Part shown: positions 28,252 through 38,821 of the stretch, piece after piece
Layout of the letters: every line of letters starts with the position of its first letter
How positions within the stretch are numbered: the stretch's first letter is position 1
From: a virus
Lineage: Duplodnaviria > Caudoviricetes
DNA: 56,435 nucleotides
Strand: one strand, 5' to 3'
Virus record (IMG/VR): IMGVR_UViG_3300020200_000036
Location: 1-56,435 of that record
Position numbers and translations under genes: made by a program
The notes under the pieces: generated by a model
Database searches by the model: none
What the model saw: only the letters and a program-made list of their open reading frames with translations
What the model was told of the DNA's origin: nothing

Positions 28252-29842
28252 TATTTAATGTATAATTATTTAATTGAACTATCTCATTAAAGTTTACTTG
28301 AATAGTTTCTGAAACATTGTCTATGGTAGCGAATCTAACCTCTTCGACTTGGAATATTGAATACATCAAGTCCTGAGGATTAAATACTTTTCCAAAGTCA
28401 TTGTTGTCCATATTGAAAAATGCTTCGATAGTATTTCTAACTTTTTGTCTAATAGAGGTCTCATTGAACTGATACTTCTTATCCAATCTAAGAGTTATTT
28501 GAAGGTCTAAAGTTCTTATTAAACCATCTACAACCACCACCTCATCAGTAAGCATCTTTTTATCATCTATTGCTAAAAGGATTTGACGCTTATATTCTGG
28601 TGTAGCTTTTCTTAGCTGTAAATTATTAGCTTTTTCAAGAACATATAGATCAATTATATTAGCAGAAGAGTAAGCTCTTCTTGTGACCGCAGTGGCTTTG
28701 CCTATTGACCCATAGGAGCTAATGTAGCTGTTAACGAATGCTTTGTAATCGTTCAATGTTACTAAGCGATTTTGAGTTCTAAACATTAAAGGTCCGTACC
28801 GCTTGGCATTTTCTGCTGTTTCCGCATCGGACCCACCAGTTCCTATTGAAGTATTTTGTATAGTTGCTTGGTGTGTAGTAGTTGATTCTCCGTTAGTAAA
28901 AGTTAAAGAAACTGGGGCATTAAGTACTCCCTTTCCAATATTTCCTCTTGTACCGCCCCCAGTTCTGTAAAGTATAGTGTAGCTATCCCCAATAGCGGGG
29001 GTTTTACCTATATTACTGTCTCCAAAAACTACAGTACCCCCATAATTATCATTAGACAATAATTGGAATACTCGTTGGGATGGTCCTGATGCATAAAATA
29101 TATTATCAACTTGAACATACTCACCGCTGGTAGCGGATTCTCCATTTATTATAACTTGTAAGCTCCCTTCAACAATAGGAGATTGTGCAAGAGAAACATT
29201 TTTTAACGATTCTGTATCTGAGAATGTTCCACGTTCGATAACTAAAGATCCCTCTAATAAAACTAGACTGGAGAATGTTGTAACACTCCCTTCCTTTTCT
29301 GAGTTGTACACTACAATATCAGCGGTAGGAGTGGCTGTATCTATGTCCCCGTCTGCTGCGATCTTATACAGGGTGTACGTTAGTGGTAATCCATCTTCTG
29401 GGGAAGTTATAGTAACTGATCTATCCTTTGCAGCTATTGTTATGTAACTGTTAGGGGAATTTGTCCATGTAAAAGGGAGTGTCAGTTTGGAGTCCGAAGC
29501 GGCAGATATCGGACCCCTCATCCTAATACCAATAAGTTGCAATAAATTTTTAATACTTGACCTAGATCTAGCAGTTTTTAAAAAATTCTCATTAGCTAAA
29601 TAATCAGCTTTGTAGGACAAAACATGGCCCATGTAGGCTATAAGTTCTATGAGCATCATTCCAAAGTCTGATTCTGAGAAGTAATTGTAATCAAGCGGGT
29701 AGACCGCTTGAATATAACGAAGCAAAGAATCTCTAAGAGTTACGAAGTCAGTAGAAGCAAAATTTATATAGTTTCTCTTATCAACATCATCTGATGTTAA
29801 GAGTTTCATGAAGTCAGAATTTGCTGTGCCACGAAATTTCAT
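28238..29842 (-). CDS. gp6: Baseplate wedge subunit (gp6 / baseplate J-like)
   Basis: DFVTLRDSL, ESDFGMMLIELIAY, ANENFL.TA, FGD...GKTP, GG..GN, QNRLVT.NDY. Confidence 0.92.
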   Translation of the reverse strand: MKFRGTANSDFMKLLTSDDVDKRNYINFASTDFVTLRDSLLRYIQAVYPLDYNYFSESDFGMMLIELIAYMGHVLSYKADYLANENFLKTARSRSSIKNLLQLIGIRMRGPISAASDSKLTLPFTWTNSPNSYITIAAKDRSVTITSPEDGLPLTYTLYKIAADGDIDTATPTADIVVYNSEKEGSVTTFSSLVLLEGSLVIERGTFSDTESLKNVSLAQSPIVEGSLQVIINGESATSGEYVQVDNIFYASGPSQRVFQLLSNDNYGGTVVFGDSNIGKTPAIGDSYTILYRTGGGTRGNIGKGVLNAPVSLTFTNGESTTTHQATIQNTSIGTGGSDAETAENAKRYGPLMFRTQNRLVTLNDYKAFVNSYISSYGSIGKATAVTRRAYSSANIIDLYVLEKANNLQLRKATPEYKRQILLAIDDKKMLTDEVVVVDGLIRTLDLQITLRLDKKYQFNETSIRQKVRNTIEAFFNMDNNDFGKVFNPQDLMYSIFQVEEVRFATIDNVSETIQVNFNEIVQLNNYTLNIVYV

Positions 29843-30306
29843 TATTGTATATTTAGGGTTATGTCAAAAGCAATACTATCCACAACATTCAAAGTGCAAT
29901 AAATCTTTACAATTAAGACTTGTCCACTTTGATTACTTGAAGTTTGACCTGGGAATATTTGAATTTTATTTACAGATATTCCCCTAGCATACCTAGAAAA
30001 CGACTCTAAAATTTCTCTTTTTATTTGACTAAAAGTTGCTTGATCCATTGGCTCCATAAGAAATCTTCTTAGGTTGGTTCCATATGAGGGGAGCATTACT
30101 CGTTCTCCACGGGAAGTGGATAGAAGTTGTTTTAAATGTCCTTTTGCAAGCTTAACATCAGAACACCTAGTTAAAAATTTTCTAGAATCAATGCCTCCTA
30201 AAGGGAATGAAAATCCATAAGCTTTGTTCACATTCCTTTTTTCTAAAAGAACGGGTGGCTTAGGAACGGTAGATCCATAAATTTCTATTGTTTGGTTTAA
30301 TGCCAT
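29842..30306 (-). CDS. gp25: Baseplate wedge / sheath initiator (gp25-like)
   Basis: LKQLLST.RGERVMLP.YGTNL...LMEP. Confidence 0.92.
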   Translation of the reverse strand: MALNQTIEIYGSTVPKPPVLLEKRNVNKAYGFSFPLGGIDSRKFLTRCSDVKLAKGHLKQLLSTSRGERVMLPSYGTNLRRFLMEPMDQATFSQIKREILESFSRYARGISVNKIQIFPGQTSSNQSGQVLIVKIYCTLNVVDSIAFDITLNIQ

Positions 30307-30308
30307 AA

Positions 30309-33005
30309 TTATAACTTAGAAACATCAATGTTTTTAAAGAATGCTCTATGAGTATTGTAATTATTTAGTATTTGAGATCCATCTAATGCTTTAGAATAAA
30401 ACTTTATACTGCCTAAGTAACCTCTTAAACCGCTTATTATACCCCCGTAAATTCCCCCCATAAAGTTCCCTTTATCGTATAGTCCATCAGTATATCCACC
30501 ACCTACCACCCAAGGGGTGAAGAAGGAGTCTAATTTTGGACCATATTTAAGACTCTCTGGGGCGTCTGAATTTACAGAAGTTTGCGAATACTCAAAGCTG
30601 TTAGATAATTTAAATGTTGGCAAGTTTGGCATTGTAAATTTTTGAATGCCAAACACATTTGAAAGACTTGATGTCGTTACTCTAGAACCGTCAAAGTAGA
30701 ATGATATCTCATCTAACTTTGGATTAAATGTTACCCCTATATGACAGAACTGACCTGAGACATTTTTCATATCGGTTGATAGTGGGTGCTTCATTGTATG
30801 GTATTTTGTTTTATCCACACAGTCTTCCACTTCGTAGAAAGATCTATTAATTAATCCCGCTGACGAAGCAGTTACTGATTGTGTAGGTGCAATGAAGAAT
30901 GCTGTATTAGCGACTGGATTATCGCTAGAGTTATTGGAAGCTCCCTGGTCACTCACAATTCTTCTATCGCGGGTGAATCCCATTATAAATCCACGAACAA
31001 CCTCACTGCCAAAATTATTTGAAATGTATTCCGTGTTACTAGATCCCTCACTTCCTACAAATCCTACGTTTTCGTTAGCTAGAACTAATCGGTAAAGTGA
31101 AGACACTCCGTCAATACCGCTACTTGTAAATATATCCGGTACATATGTCCAGAAATCTATTGATGCCCCATCAAAATTATATAGTAAGTCGTTAAATTTT
31201 TGTGACTCACTAAGTTTTACAAAACTACCAAGCCCAGACAAAGATGTTGGACTACTACTTGAATGTTTTGTTATTCCTCTAAGATATGGTATTCCTAATC
31301 CTCTAGAGAATACTGAATCTGTCCCTTCCGCTACTAATTGAGCGTAAAGTTCATTTGATTCAGATGCTGAATTTCTTACATTAAAGAATGTTGATGATGG
31401 ATCCTCTACATCTGTGTCCAAGAAATTGTACATAGCAAACAAGCCATCCGTAGTTAAGCTGTTCTCTGTTTGCAGAATTACTGCATCAACAGCCGAGACG
31501 CTACTACCATCGTATATAATTGCTCCATCTCCGTTTTCTGGAATAATAAGATGCTCCAGGGAAGAATTCTTCGTATTACCAATCTTTGGGATAATATAAT
31601 TTGTCTGTAATATTATTGGGAACACAACCCCAGATACATCAGCTTGGCTAAAGGACAAATACTTTTGTTTTTGAATATCTACCGCTAAATTTATACCAGA
31701 TAAGTATGAGAAGTCGTTGATTGGAACTTCTCCTGGGTTATATATTGTTTGTGTTTGATATAGTTGAGGCAGGGCTACCGCTAATTCTATCTGCTTCTTT
31801 CTCTTATTAATTTTTTTGTTTAATGTTGTATTCTCTGAAATTAAAGATTGCTTAAAGTTTAAAATTATCGAGGTGGGGGCAGAGCTTGTCTCTAGTTCTT
31901 GTATTTGAGAAGACAGATCGTAAATTCTTTTGTTCTTATTCCCAATTAACTCTTGTAAAAAGCCATCTTTGTCGTAGTATGCTCTAAGGTATTCTTTTTC
32001 ATTTATTATATCAGGGTCAAGAATAGTGTTAAAATAAGAAGCAAGATCTTTTGTAGAGAATTGTTTCCCACGGCCACCTAGATTAGGATCTTGTATAAAC
32101 CTCCAAAGATCTTCTTTGTGTAGTAGATTACGTTTTGTGGATAAATAAGTTAAAACAGGCTCTATACCGCTTGTTTGAGAATCAAAGTAGAGACCGTCTT
32201 TAGATAAAATAAATTGTCCTATGGAGCTTTTTGGCGGTCCATAAATCAGTCTAAATATTTCTCTCTCCCCCTCTCCCGTTCCGCTAGCTAGCGGTGGGCA
32301 ATTTTTAGCAGCATATGGAGTATTTACAAATAAAGGGTATAGTTCTGGGCGAAATATTGGCTCCTTAGAAATACCTTTTTCTCTATCCAGAAGGATAGAT
32401 CTAATTTCATCTGCTTTGGCGGTTGCGTCTTGTATAAAAGATAAGGCAGCCTCTGCCTGTAATTTTTGCGAAGCAAAATTACTCTCAACAAAATCCGCAA
32501 ATGCTGACGGGTCCATCGGGGTTTCGGCTCCAAGTCCCCTTTCTTGAAGTCTTCTTGATTGTTTAAATGACTCTAAACAATTTTTTATACTGTTTATTGC
32601 ACCCGCGACATTTTGATAATTAGCATATAGATTGCCAGCAGTCTGAGTTATTGCCTGAGTAATACCTATTAATCCACCGATAGCGGCAACCACATCATTA
32701 TCCTTAGAAGCACCCAATATTTTAGATAAAAATGAAAATTCTCCATTCTCATCTAAAATTTTAATAGCTCCTAAGGCATCCCTTATCTCGTTAGCTATAG
32801 TTTTTAAGGCATCATCAGCTAACGTAACCCCTTTCTCTATACCTTCTAAAAGTGAAGTTAATAGTGGTGTCGGGAGTAACCCCAAAGCATTTGCGGCAAG
32901 GTTTAATATACAACTAGGTAGTCCAAAGGAAGCTCCAAGGGCTGCTGTTGGATCACCCCCTGATCCTAGAAGACTGTTAAATAAATTAAAATCAAAAGAT
33001 ACCAT
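30309..33005 (-). CDS. Baseplate-associated protein with a C-terminal LamG/ConA-like domain
   Basis: 898 aa. SIDFW, HIGVTF, ISFYFDG, GYLGSIKFYSKAL...QI..NYN LamG signature. Helical N-terminal half. Confidence 0.75.
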   Translation of the reverse strand: MVSFDFNLFNSLLGSGGDPTAALGASFGLPSCILNLAANALGLLPTPLLTSLLEGIEKGVTLADDALKTIANEIRDALGAIKILDENGEFSFLSKILGASKDNDVVAAIGGLIGITQAITQTAGNLYANYQNVAGAINSIKNCLESFKQSRRLQERGLGAETPMDPSAFADFVESNFASQKLQAEAALSFIQDATAKADEIRSILLDREKGISKEPIFRPELYPLFVNTPYAAKNCPPLASGTGEGEREIFRLIYGPPKSSIGQFILSKDGLYFDSQTSGIEPVLTYLSTKRNLLHKEDLWRFIQDPNLGGRGKQFSTKDLASYFNTILDPDIINEKEYLRAYYDKDGFLQELIGNKNKRIYDLSSQIQELETSSAPTSIILNFKQSLISENTTLNKKINKRKKQIELAVALPQLYQTQTIYNPGEVPINDFSYLSGINLAVDIQKQKYLSFSQADVSGVVFPIILQTNYIIPKIGNTKNSSLEHLIIPENGDGAIIYDGSSVSAVDAVILQTENSLTTDGLFAMYNFLDTDVEDPSSTFFNVRNSASESNELYAQLVAEGTDSVFSRGLGIPYLRGITKHSSSSPTSLSGLGSFVKLSESQKFNDLLYNFDGASIDFWTYVPDIFTSSGIDGVSSLYRLVLANENVGFVGSEGSSNTEYISNNFGSEVVRGFIMGFTRDRRIVSDQGASNNSSDNPVANTAFFIAPTQSVTASSAGLINRSFYEVEDCVDKTKYHTMKHPLSTDMKNVSGQFCHIGVTFNPKLDEISFYFDGSRVTTSSLSNVFGIQKFTMPNLPTFKLSNSFEYSQTSVNSDAPESLKYGPKLDSFFTPWVVGGGYTDGLYDKGNFMGGIYGGIISGLRGYLGSIKFYSKALDGSQILNNYNTHRAFFKNIDVSKL

Positions 33006-33011
33006 TTTTTA

Positions 33012-34154
33012 TTATCTTCCGTAAGCATTTTTTCTGGGAGCGACTTCTGACAAGGAAGGAAGAGCAGTTTGTGTAACACTATTTAGTGTTAGTGGGGTAA
33101 GTGCTCCTAAATTAGTGGCAACAAAGCCATAAGCATTTAATTGTGTTGTTCCCTCTACATTAGTATTGATCCCTCCCTTAATATTAACATTTCCTCCAGT
33201 AGCCTCAATGTTAATATCCCCTCCAGTAGAAAGTAGATCTATTCCCGATTCCGCCTGCACAGTTACTTTAAACTTTGAAAATAGCTTAATGTCGCCACCT
33301 GAATTAATCTGAACAATCCCTTTCTGTGTAGATATAAAAATATTGCTATTGGCTGCATTAGGCGAGGGATTATCCGTAAAGATATTAATATCTCTCCACT
33401 TCGATATTAAATTAATATTACCCCACATTAAACCAGGGTCCCCCCCAGTTGAAGACTCTGATAAATTTTTTAATTTGTACAATCCCTCAGAAGTATTTGT
33501 TAAAGTTATGTCTCTCCCTTCTGTAACTTGTATTTTATAACTACCATGTCCAACTATACATTGCTGGGTGCCAAAGGTATTTATTTCCATACCTCTTGGG
33601 ATATACCCCTTAGTTGGATTAGGGGTATAAGGTATTTGGACAGGGCCCCCAAGACATATATAATCCCCTGGGCTGTTCTTAATTATTACTCCGTTTGCTT
33701 GTGGGCTATCACTTAAAATTATTTGCTGATTCTTACTACTCTTTAGTTCAACTTGATTTACTATCGGCTCACCTTGAGCGTAATAGTTTTGAATCTTTAG
33801 ACCAGCATCCTTGTGATTCTTAAAGAACATTGCCGTAGGGTTTCCGAAAGGATCAAACATTTTCCTGTCCGAATATAAAGGGGCGGCATTTCCTTCTATG
33901 TCCTTTGATATCTTACCAAGCATCTCCCCATGCCCGACTATTGTTGTTAAATAATAATATTCTGAATTATCTGAGTATACAAGAATTTCTGATCCCACAG
34001 TAGGGGGAGCAAATAGTCCATAAAAATATCTTTGATGGTTAGGGGAAGTATACTTAACTTTTATATTTACCGGCCCAGGCAACAGCACAGCATTGATTAT
34101 ATTTTCTGGGTCAAAAGACCTGTAAGGTTCGACTATTGCTTTAAGTATTTCCAT
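33012..34154 (-). CDS. Baseplate central spike (gp5/VgrG-like, no lysozyme domain recognised)
   Basis: GLFAPPTVGSEILV OB-fold-like motif and C-terminal beta-repeats (GGDINIEA.GGNVNIKG). Start moved to ATG 34154, directly after the upstream stop. Confidence 0.75.
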   Translation of the reverse strand: MEILKAIVEPYRSFDPENIINAVLLPGPVNIKVKYTSPNHQRYFYGLFAPPTVGSEILVYSDNSEYYYLTTIVGHGEMLGKISKDIEGNAAPLYSDRKMFDPFGNPTAMFFKNHKDAGLKIQNYYAQGEPIVNQVELKSSKNQQIILSDSPQANGVIIKNSPGDYICLGGPVQIPYTPNPTKGYIPRGMEINTFGTQQCIVGHGSYKIQVTEGRDITLTNTSEGLYKLKNLSESSTGGDPGLMWGNINLISKWRDINIFTDNPSPNAANSNIFISTQKGIVQINSGGDIKLFSKFKVTVQAESGIDLLSTGGDINIEATGGNVNIKGGINTNVEGTTQLNAYGFVATNLGALTPLTLNSVTQTALPSLSEVAPRKNAYGR

Positions 34155-34156
34155 AA

Positions 34157-36958
34157 TTACATTCCATAAGAATTTCCAACAGTCTTTAGCAATAGGAACT
34201 GAGAGTAGCATTCCTTCGTTGATATAACGTGCTTAAGAGCAGCTATATTATAGATCCCACTAAAGAAGTCTAAATTTGTAGAATTATTTCTAGAGTTAAC
34301 ATTCATAGGAGTGACTTGCTTAGAGAAAACAAAAGCTGGCTTAAAATTTACTAATCTTATATTTGATAAATGAAAGAAAGGCAGTGTTTTAATACTAAGT
34401 TTTATTTGTTGAGAATTTAATTGTTTCCAAAGTTCAGCAGCTATGTTCTCTTGAGACAGGCCAAATTCTTTAGGGCTAAACACTACTCCATCCGGCCTTA
34501 AAAGTAAATCATTATCGTCCAAAGTTTTAATATCAAAAATAGTAAATAATGTATTAGCTAAATTAAAATAAGCTTCTTGTTTTGAAATTTCAAATCCACC
34601 AGTATCTATAAATTCACCAAGAAATGAGGAGACCCGTTCTTTAAATACTCCTACTGTTGAGACCCGTTCTTTAAATACTCCTACTGTTTTATTATCTTGT
34701 AATTTACTTGCAGCAATTGAAAGTAGCAAAGCGTCTATATTAATATTACCTTGTGATTTATAAATTAATTTATCAAATCCAAGACCTCCTAAATTTTCTA
34801 AAGCATCTAATACTTTAATAACAATATCCTGAGAAATTAATCCTATACCATTTCTTTTTTTAACTTCATTTTCTATTTCTTGCAAGAATTTAAGGCGAGC
34901 CGCCGACCTGCTGCCGCCGGTTATAGTTACTAATGCTAAATCTAAATAAGATGGAGATCTAGGTTTTACATTTTTTAATTGTCTAAACAAAGGTAGTTTA
35001 AATTCCCCTTCATTCATAAAATCAATTTCTGAGTCTTTAGCTAAATAAAACTGTTGAACTAATATTGTTTTTAACGCTTCTTTAAATCCTACTTTTCTGC
35101 CACCTATTTCAAAAGTTTGACTTAATACACCAGACAATAAATTTTTATAAGCATCAAATACCGAACTTAAGTTTAATCCTTGTATATTTACTTTATTGGC
35201 ATTGTTAGCAACTAAGCTTAAGTATGCTTTTGAAAAGTTACTGTTGATAGCCAATCTAAGCCCATTTAAATATATTTCACTATTTGTAAACTGTATATTC
35301 AAGATGTTGGAATTTTTAAAATTGTTTAAAAAGACAGGTATTTCAAATAACTCAAACAATCCGCCTTTAGTTTTAAATAACTCTGAAAAATTAGCTCCTA
35401 CTCCCCCATCTATTGCAAGCTCATCTAAGTTTGCTTGTTCATAAAAATTAGAACTTGTTTTTCTTTTAGATATTAAACTTATTAAATCAATTCCATAAGT
35501 TGGATTTGTAAGTATTTTTGCAACATTAGTATTTAAATTATTGTCTTTTGAATAGAGGGGGTCTTCAGAATCATAAATTTTTAATGTTGGCTCAAATGTA
35601 TTTTGTAATATGTCTAAGTATTGATCAAATGTAACAGCATTTTCAGATGAGTTTGGAATGTAATTTCTATACAGATACTCACTTATCATTTGCTGAGGCC
35701 CAAATACAATACATTTACCAAACCCACTTGGATCTATTGCATCTCCTATTAGCCCCCTCTTCCGCCAGAAGTCTAAGAGCTTTGTATTGTTTTCTTGAAA
35801 AATTACAAAATCATCAACTGTTTTTAAGATAGATTTTATACCAACATTTATTTTATTTAACGCTTCGTAGAAATCTGGAAATGAGGGGTTAATACTAGAG
35901 TCTTCCTTATTACAAACTAGCATATAACTGTCAATAGCTGATGTTCCGTTATCGTTTTCCTGCTGGGCATCCACAATAGTGGGGGTAATAGATACCCCTG
36001 TTGGCTTTTTTAATCCTTGAGATATTACATTAAATTCCTGTGTTTCATTAACTTCTTTTATCCCTAATTTCTCAATATAAAACTTTATGTTTTGATAATT
36101 TATTATTGATGGTTTAACTATAAAATCTCCTGGATATAATATATCTTCTACAGACTGTGATTCTCCTAAAGCAGGTAATATACCTATAATATTCTCTTCT
36201 GGAGTTTTTGTAATTATTGACAAATATTTTTTAACTAATCTATATAAAATATTTTCTAAAGTATCAACATTATTATTTTTTCTAATAGTTACTATTAGTT
36301 TATCAACAGCATCTAGAAATAAGAATTCTCTTTTGAAGTTAGGATCTTCAAAATTAAACTTTAATTTTGGTCTAAATATAGATTCATTAGAAGCATAATA
36401 CTTAAATGTATATTTTCTTAAACCATTAGAAACATCTATGTTAGTTTTGTTAAGATAGAAAACTAATATATCACTCCAATTAGAAAGCAAACTGTCCGTT
36501 CCAAAAGCTACAAAAATTCTATTGTAAACATTAGCGTATTGAAGCAGACTATTCATATCAAATTCTCTTATTCCAACTCTCGTAGAGTCATCTGATATAG
36601 TTAAAGATCCTCCTAGCTTATCTTGTTTCTTTACTGGAGTCGTGTTTTTAGCTCCGTCGCCACGAAATGCAGACTGCAACGAGGACTTAACACTGTTTGT
36701 AAGATGCATGAACATATTCTGCTCAAAGTTGCCATCTGTATCTAAGAATTCTAATGTTAAGCTAGGGTTATTTTCGTTATCAAAGTTTACGGAGTACTCT
36801 AATGATTGAAGATATTTATTGTTCTTCCCAGATATAACTATTGCATCAGGTGCAGAAGGAAGATCCTCTACGTTAATGTATTTATTTCTTAAGAAAAATT
36901 CTTTAGCTACTTGAGCATTATTTGTTATGAATACATTAGGAGTAAGAATCTTAGACAT
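34157..36958 (-). CDS. Baseplate hub protein (gp27/gpD-like, enlarged)
   Basis: 933 aa between gp53 and the spike. C-terminal FSGIYNI..LKHVIS...YSQF.L.K hub-like motif. Confidence 0.6.
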   Translation of the reverse strand: MSKILTPNVFITNNAQVAKEFFLRNKYINVEDLPSAPDAIVISGKNNKYLQSLEYSVNFDNENNPSLTLEFLDTDGNFEQNMFMHLTNSVKSSLQSAFRGDGAKNTTPVKKQDKLGGSLTISDDSTRVGIREFDMNSLLQYANVYNRIFVAFGTDSLLSNWSDILVFYLNKTNIDVSNGLRKYTFKYYASNESIFRPKLKFNFEDPNFKREFLFLDAVDKLIVTIRKNNNVDTLENILYRLVKKYLSIITKTPEENIIGILPALGESQSVEDILYPGDFIVKPSIINYQNIKFYIEKLGIKEVNETQEFNVISQGLKKPTGVSITPTIVDAQQENDNGTSAIDSYMLVCNKEDSSINPSFPDFYEALNKINVGIKSILKTVDDFVIFQENNTKLLDFWRKRGLIGDAIDPSGFGKCIVFGPQQMISEYLYRNYIPNSSENAVTFDQYLDILQNTFEPTLKIYDSEDPLYSKDNNLNTNVAKILTNPTYGIDLISLISKRKTSSNFYEQANLDELAIDGGVGANFSELFKTKGGLFELFEIPVFLNNFKNSNILNIQFTNSEIYLNGLRLAINSNFSKAYLSLVANNANKVNIQGLNLSSVFDAYKNLLSGVLSQTFEIGGRKVGFKEALKTILVQQFYLAKDSEIDFMNEGEFKLPLFRQLKNVKPRSPSYLDLALVTITGGSRSAARLKFLQEIENEVKKRNGIGLISQDIVIKVLDALENLGGLGFDKLIYKSQGNINIDALLLSIAASKLQDNKTVGVFKERVSTVGVFKERVSSFLGEFIDTGGFEISKQEAYFNLANTLFTIFDIKTLDDNDLLLRPDGVVFSPKEFGLSQENIAAELWKQLNSQQIKLSIKTLPFFHLSNIRLVNFKPAFVFSKQVTPMNVNSRNNSTNLDFFSGIYNIAALKHVISTKECYSQFLLLKTVGNSYGM
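34629..34688. repeat. Perfect 30-nt tandem duplication
   Basis: gagacccgttctttaaatactcctactgtt x2, encoding TVGVFKERVS twice. Confidence 0.95.
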
Positions 36959-36962
36959 ATAA

Positions 36963-37250
36963 TTATATGATAGGTAATAATAGCTTATCCCCTACATTTA
37001 ATTCTTGGAATGGATCTTTAATGTTATTGAACATTACGATCATCCAATCCTTAGTAACAGTCCCATAAAACAAATTTGATATTAAATCAGGTCTGTGGGC
37101 GTACCCAGCGGGTATGCGTACTACTTCTACTTTAAAACTTTGAAGAGAGTTTAAATAATCAGCTAAGGCATTTCCATCTGCAATAAAAATGTTTTTTCCT
37201 TTGTGACTTACTACCCCACCACCGAGCCTGTAATGATTAATGTATGTCAT
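36963..37250 (-). CDS. gp53: LysM-like baseplate wedge protein (gp53/gpX-like)
   Basis: RPDLISNLFYG...WMIVMFNNIKDPF..L.VG..L.LP. Confidence 0.85.
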   Translation of the reverse strand: MTYINHYRLGGGVVSHKGKNIFIADGNALADYLNSLQSFKVEVVRIPAGYAHRPDLISNLFYGTVTKDWMIVMFNNIKDPFQELNVGDKLLLPII

Positions 37251-38818
37251 TGATTTCTTAATCTCCTCTCTGGTTGAGGTTCAATAGGTAAATTTCTATT
37301 AAAGTAATTAGGATCTAACGTGTCCCCCCTAGGTGGACCACTTTCTATTATCAATGGTGGTGAATTTGTAAATCCCTCTAATCTTAAAGGTTGATCACTT
37401 GTGTATGGGGATGCTTGATTTTGTACCGCTCTCTCTGGGGGTGGGCTAATTGGGAGACCCCTAGTTAAAGCATTAGGATCTAGCGGGTTAATTCCCCTAG
37501 ATGGATTTGGTATATCCCCCGGAAGTGGAATATTTACAGCAAGACTATCCCCCATTGGAGGGGTTCCAAGAGAATTCATATCAATAAAAGTATTTCGTTC
37601 AATTTGTTCCTCAGGTGGTCTTGTTGTTCCTTGATTCTGTGTGTTATATTCGTTATCTCTATCAATAGCGTAAGGATTAACTAAAGTACCAAGTCCCTCT
37701 TCTCCAGTATTAAAAATAGTTTGAAGTGAACGAGCACGATTACGAGCGTCCTGTACACTCTCCTCAATTCTCCTCCTTTCTTCTTCTTCTTGTTTTTCCC
37801 AAGCCGCCACATTTACAAGATCTCTCTCATACTCACCAAAAGTAGAATTCCAAGGATCCATAGTTCTGTGATTTATGATGCTTTCCCAACCAGTTAAATT
37901 TTCTGCTGTGGCTAAGTCATTTTTTACAGTTGTCCAAGGTATGAATTCTCCAAAATTACCAGTTCTATTTTCTGATAAATTCATAGTAACTTCCACTCTT
38001 CTTGGATTCATATTTTTTAATTCATAACCATTTTCAGAAACTATTCTTAAATTATAGTTGGTGCAAACGCATGGAATGTTGTTATACATGGTCCCGTGAT
38101 TTATGTAAATAGTCGGAGGACTTAAACTTGTATTTGAAGAGTTGTTAACAGTAGCAGTCCGTACAACATTTATTAAAAGCATAAAATAGCTTATTGCATT
38201 TTTTAAAACTTTCGGTCTCTCTTTTTTAAATAAATTTAAAATTTGAGCTGGATTCTCAAAAACAGGTATTTTTAATGCATTTGTAAACTGTGATAATTTC
38301 TCAAGCAAAGAATCCGATGCACTTTTAGGTGGCAAAAAACTATCGTATTGAGATAAGCTTTGTTGATAATAATTTACTCCGTATGAATTTCCAATATCAA
38401 CTCCCACAGGAGACGCCAACCAACCCGCTGCTTCACTCTGATCCCTGTCTGCTTGAACAGAAAACTTTCTTTTTTCAGCATCTCTCTCACTATAGAAATA
38501 TCTAAATGAATCTGAGAATTGAGAGTTAAGTCCTACATTATTAATATGATCAATAATATTTGGAAGAGTTATAAAAAACTTTAATGAAAACTCTCTAGAT
38601 TTTGATCCATGGTATGAGAATAAGTTTCCCGCTCTTCCAAGAAGATCATAAACTCCTAAATTAGGTCTCTGAGACTCAGAGATTTCAATGTTTTCAAGTA
38701 TTGGAAAATAAAATTCAATTGATCTCTCATTAGATATTTGAGGATACTTGTAATAGAGATAAGATCTCTCAGGAAGTAGTCTTGGGGAAAATAAAGCTTC
38801 TTTTTCTCCGTATAACAT
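37247..38818 (-). CDS. Tail tube initiator (gp48/gp54-like) with a Pro-rich C-terminal extension
   Basis: ISES...YDLLGR...Y.GS.SR.FSL.F and PPT...G.MY.NIPCVCTNY...PRRVEVTMNL.E. Lies between tape measure and gp53. Confidence 0.7.
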   Translation of the reverse strand: MLYGEKEALFSPRLLPERSYLYYKYPQISNERSIEFYFPILENIEISESQRPNLGVYDLLGRAGNLFSYHGSKSREFSLKFFITLPNIIDHINNVGLNSQFSDSFRYFYSERDAEKRKFSVQADRDQSEAAGWLASPVGVDIGNSYGVNYYQQSLSQYDSFLPPKSASDSLLEKLSQFTNALKIPVFENPAQILNLFKKERPKVLKNAISYFMLLINVVRTATVNNSSNTSLSPPTIYINHGTMYNNIPCVCTNYNLRIVSENGYELKNMNPRRVEVTMNLSENRTGNFGEFIPWTTVKNDLATAENLTGWESIINHRTMDPWNSTFGEYERDLVNVAAWEKQEEEERRRIEESVQDARNRARSLQTIFNTGEEGLGTLVNPYAIDRDNEYNTQNQGTTRPPEEQIERNTFIDMNSLGTPPMGDSLAVNIPLPGDIPNPSRGINPLDPNALTRGLPISPPPERAVQNQASPYTSDQPLRLEGFTNSPPLIIESGPPRGDTLDPNYFNRNLPIEPQPERRLRNQ

Positions 38819-38821
38819 AGG

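Noticed and set aside
34155-34211. Extended N-terminus of the spike ORF (start 34211)
   Set aside because: It overlaps the hub gene by 55 nt. ATG 34154 directly after the hub stop is more plausible.
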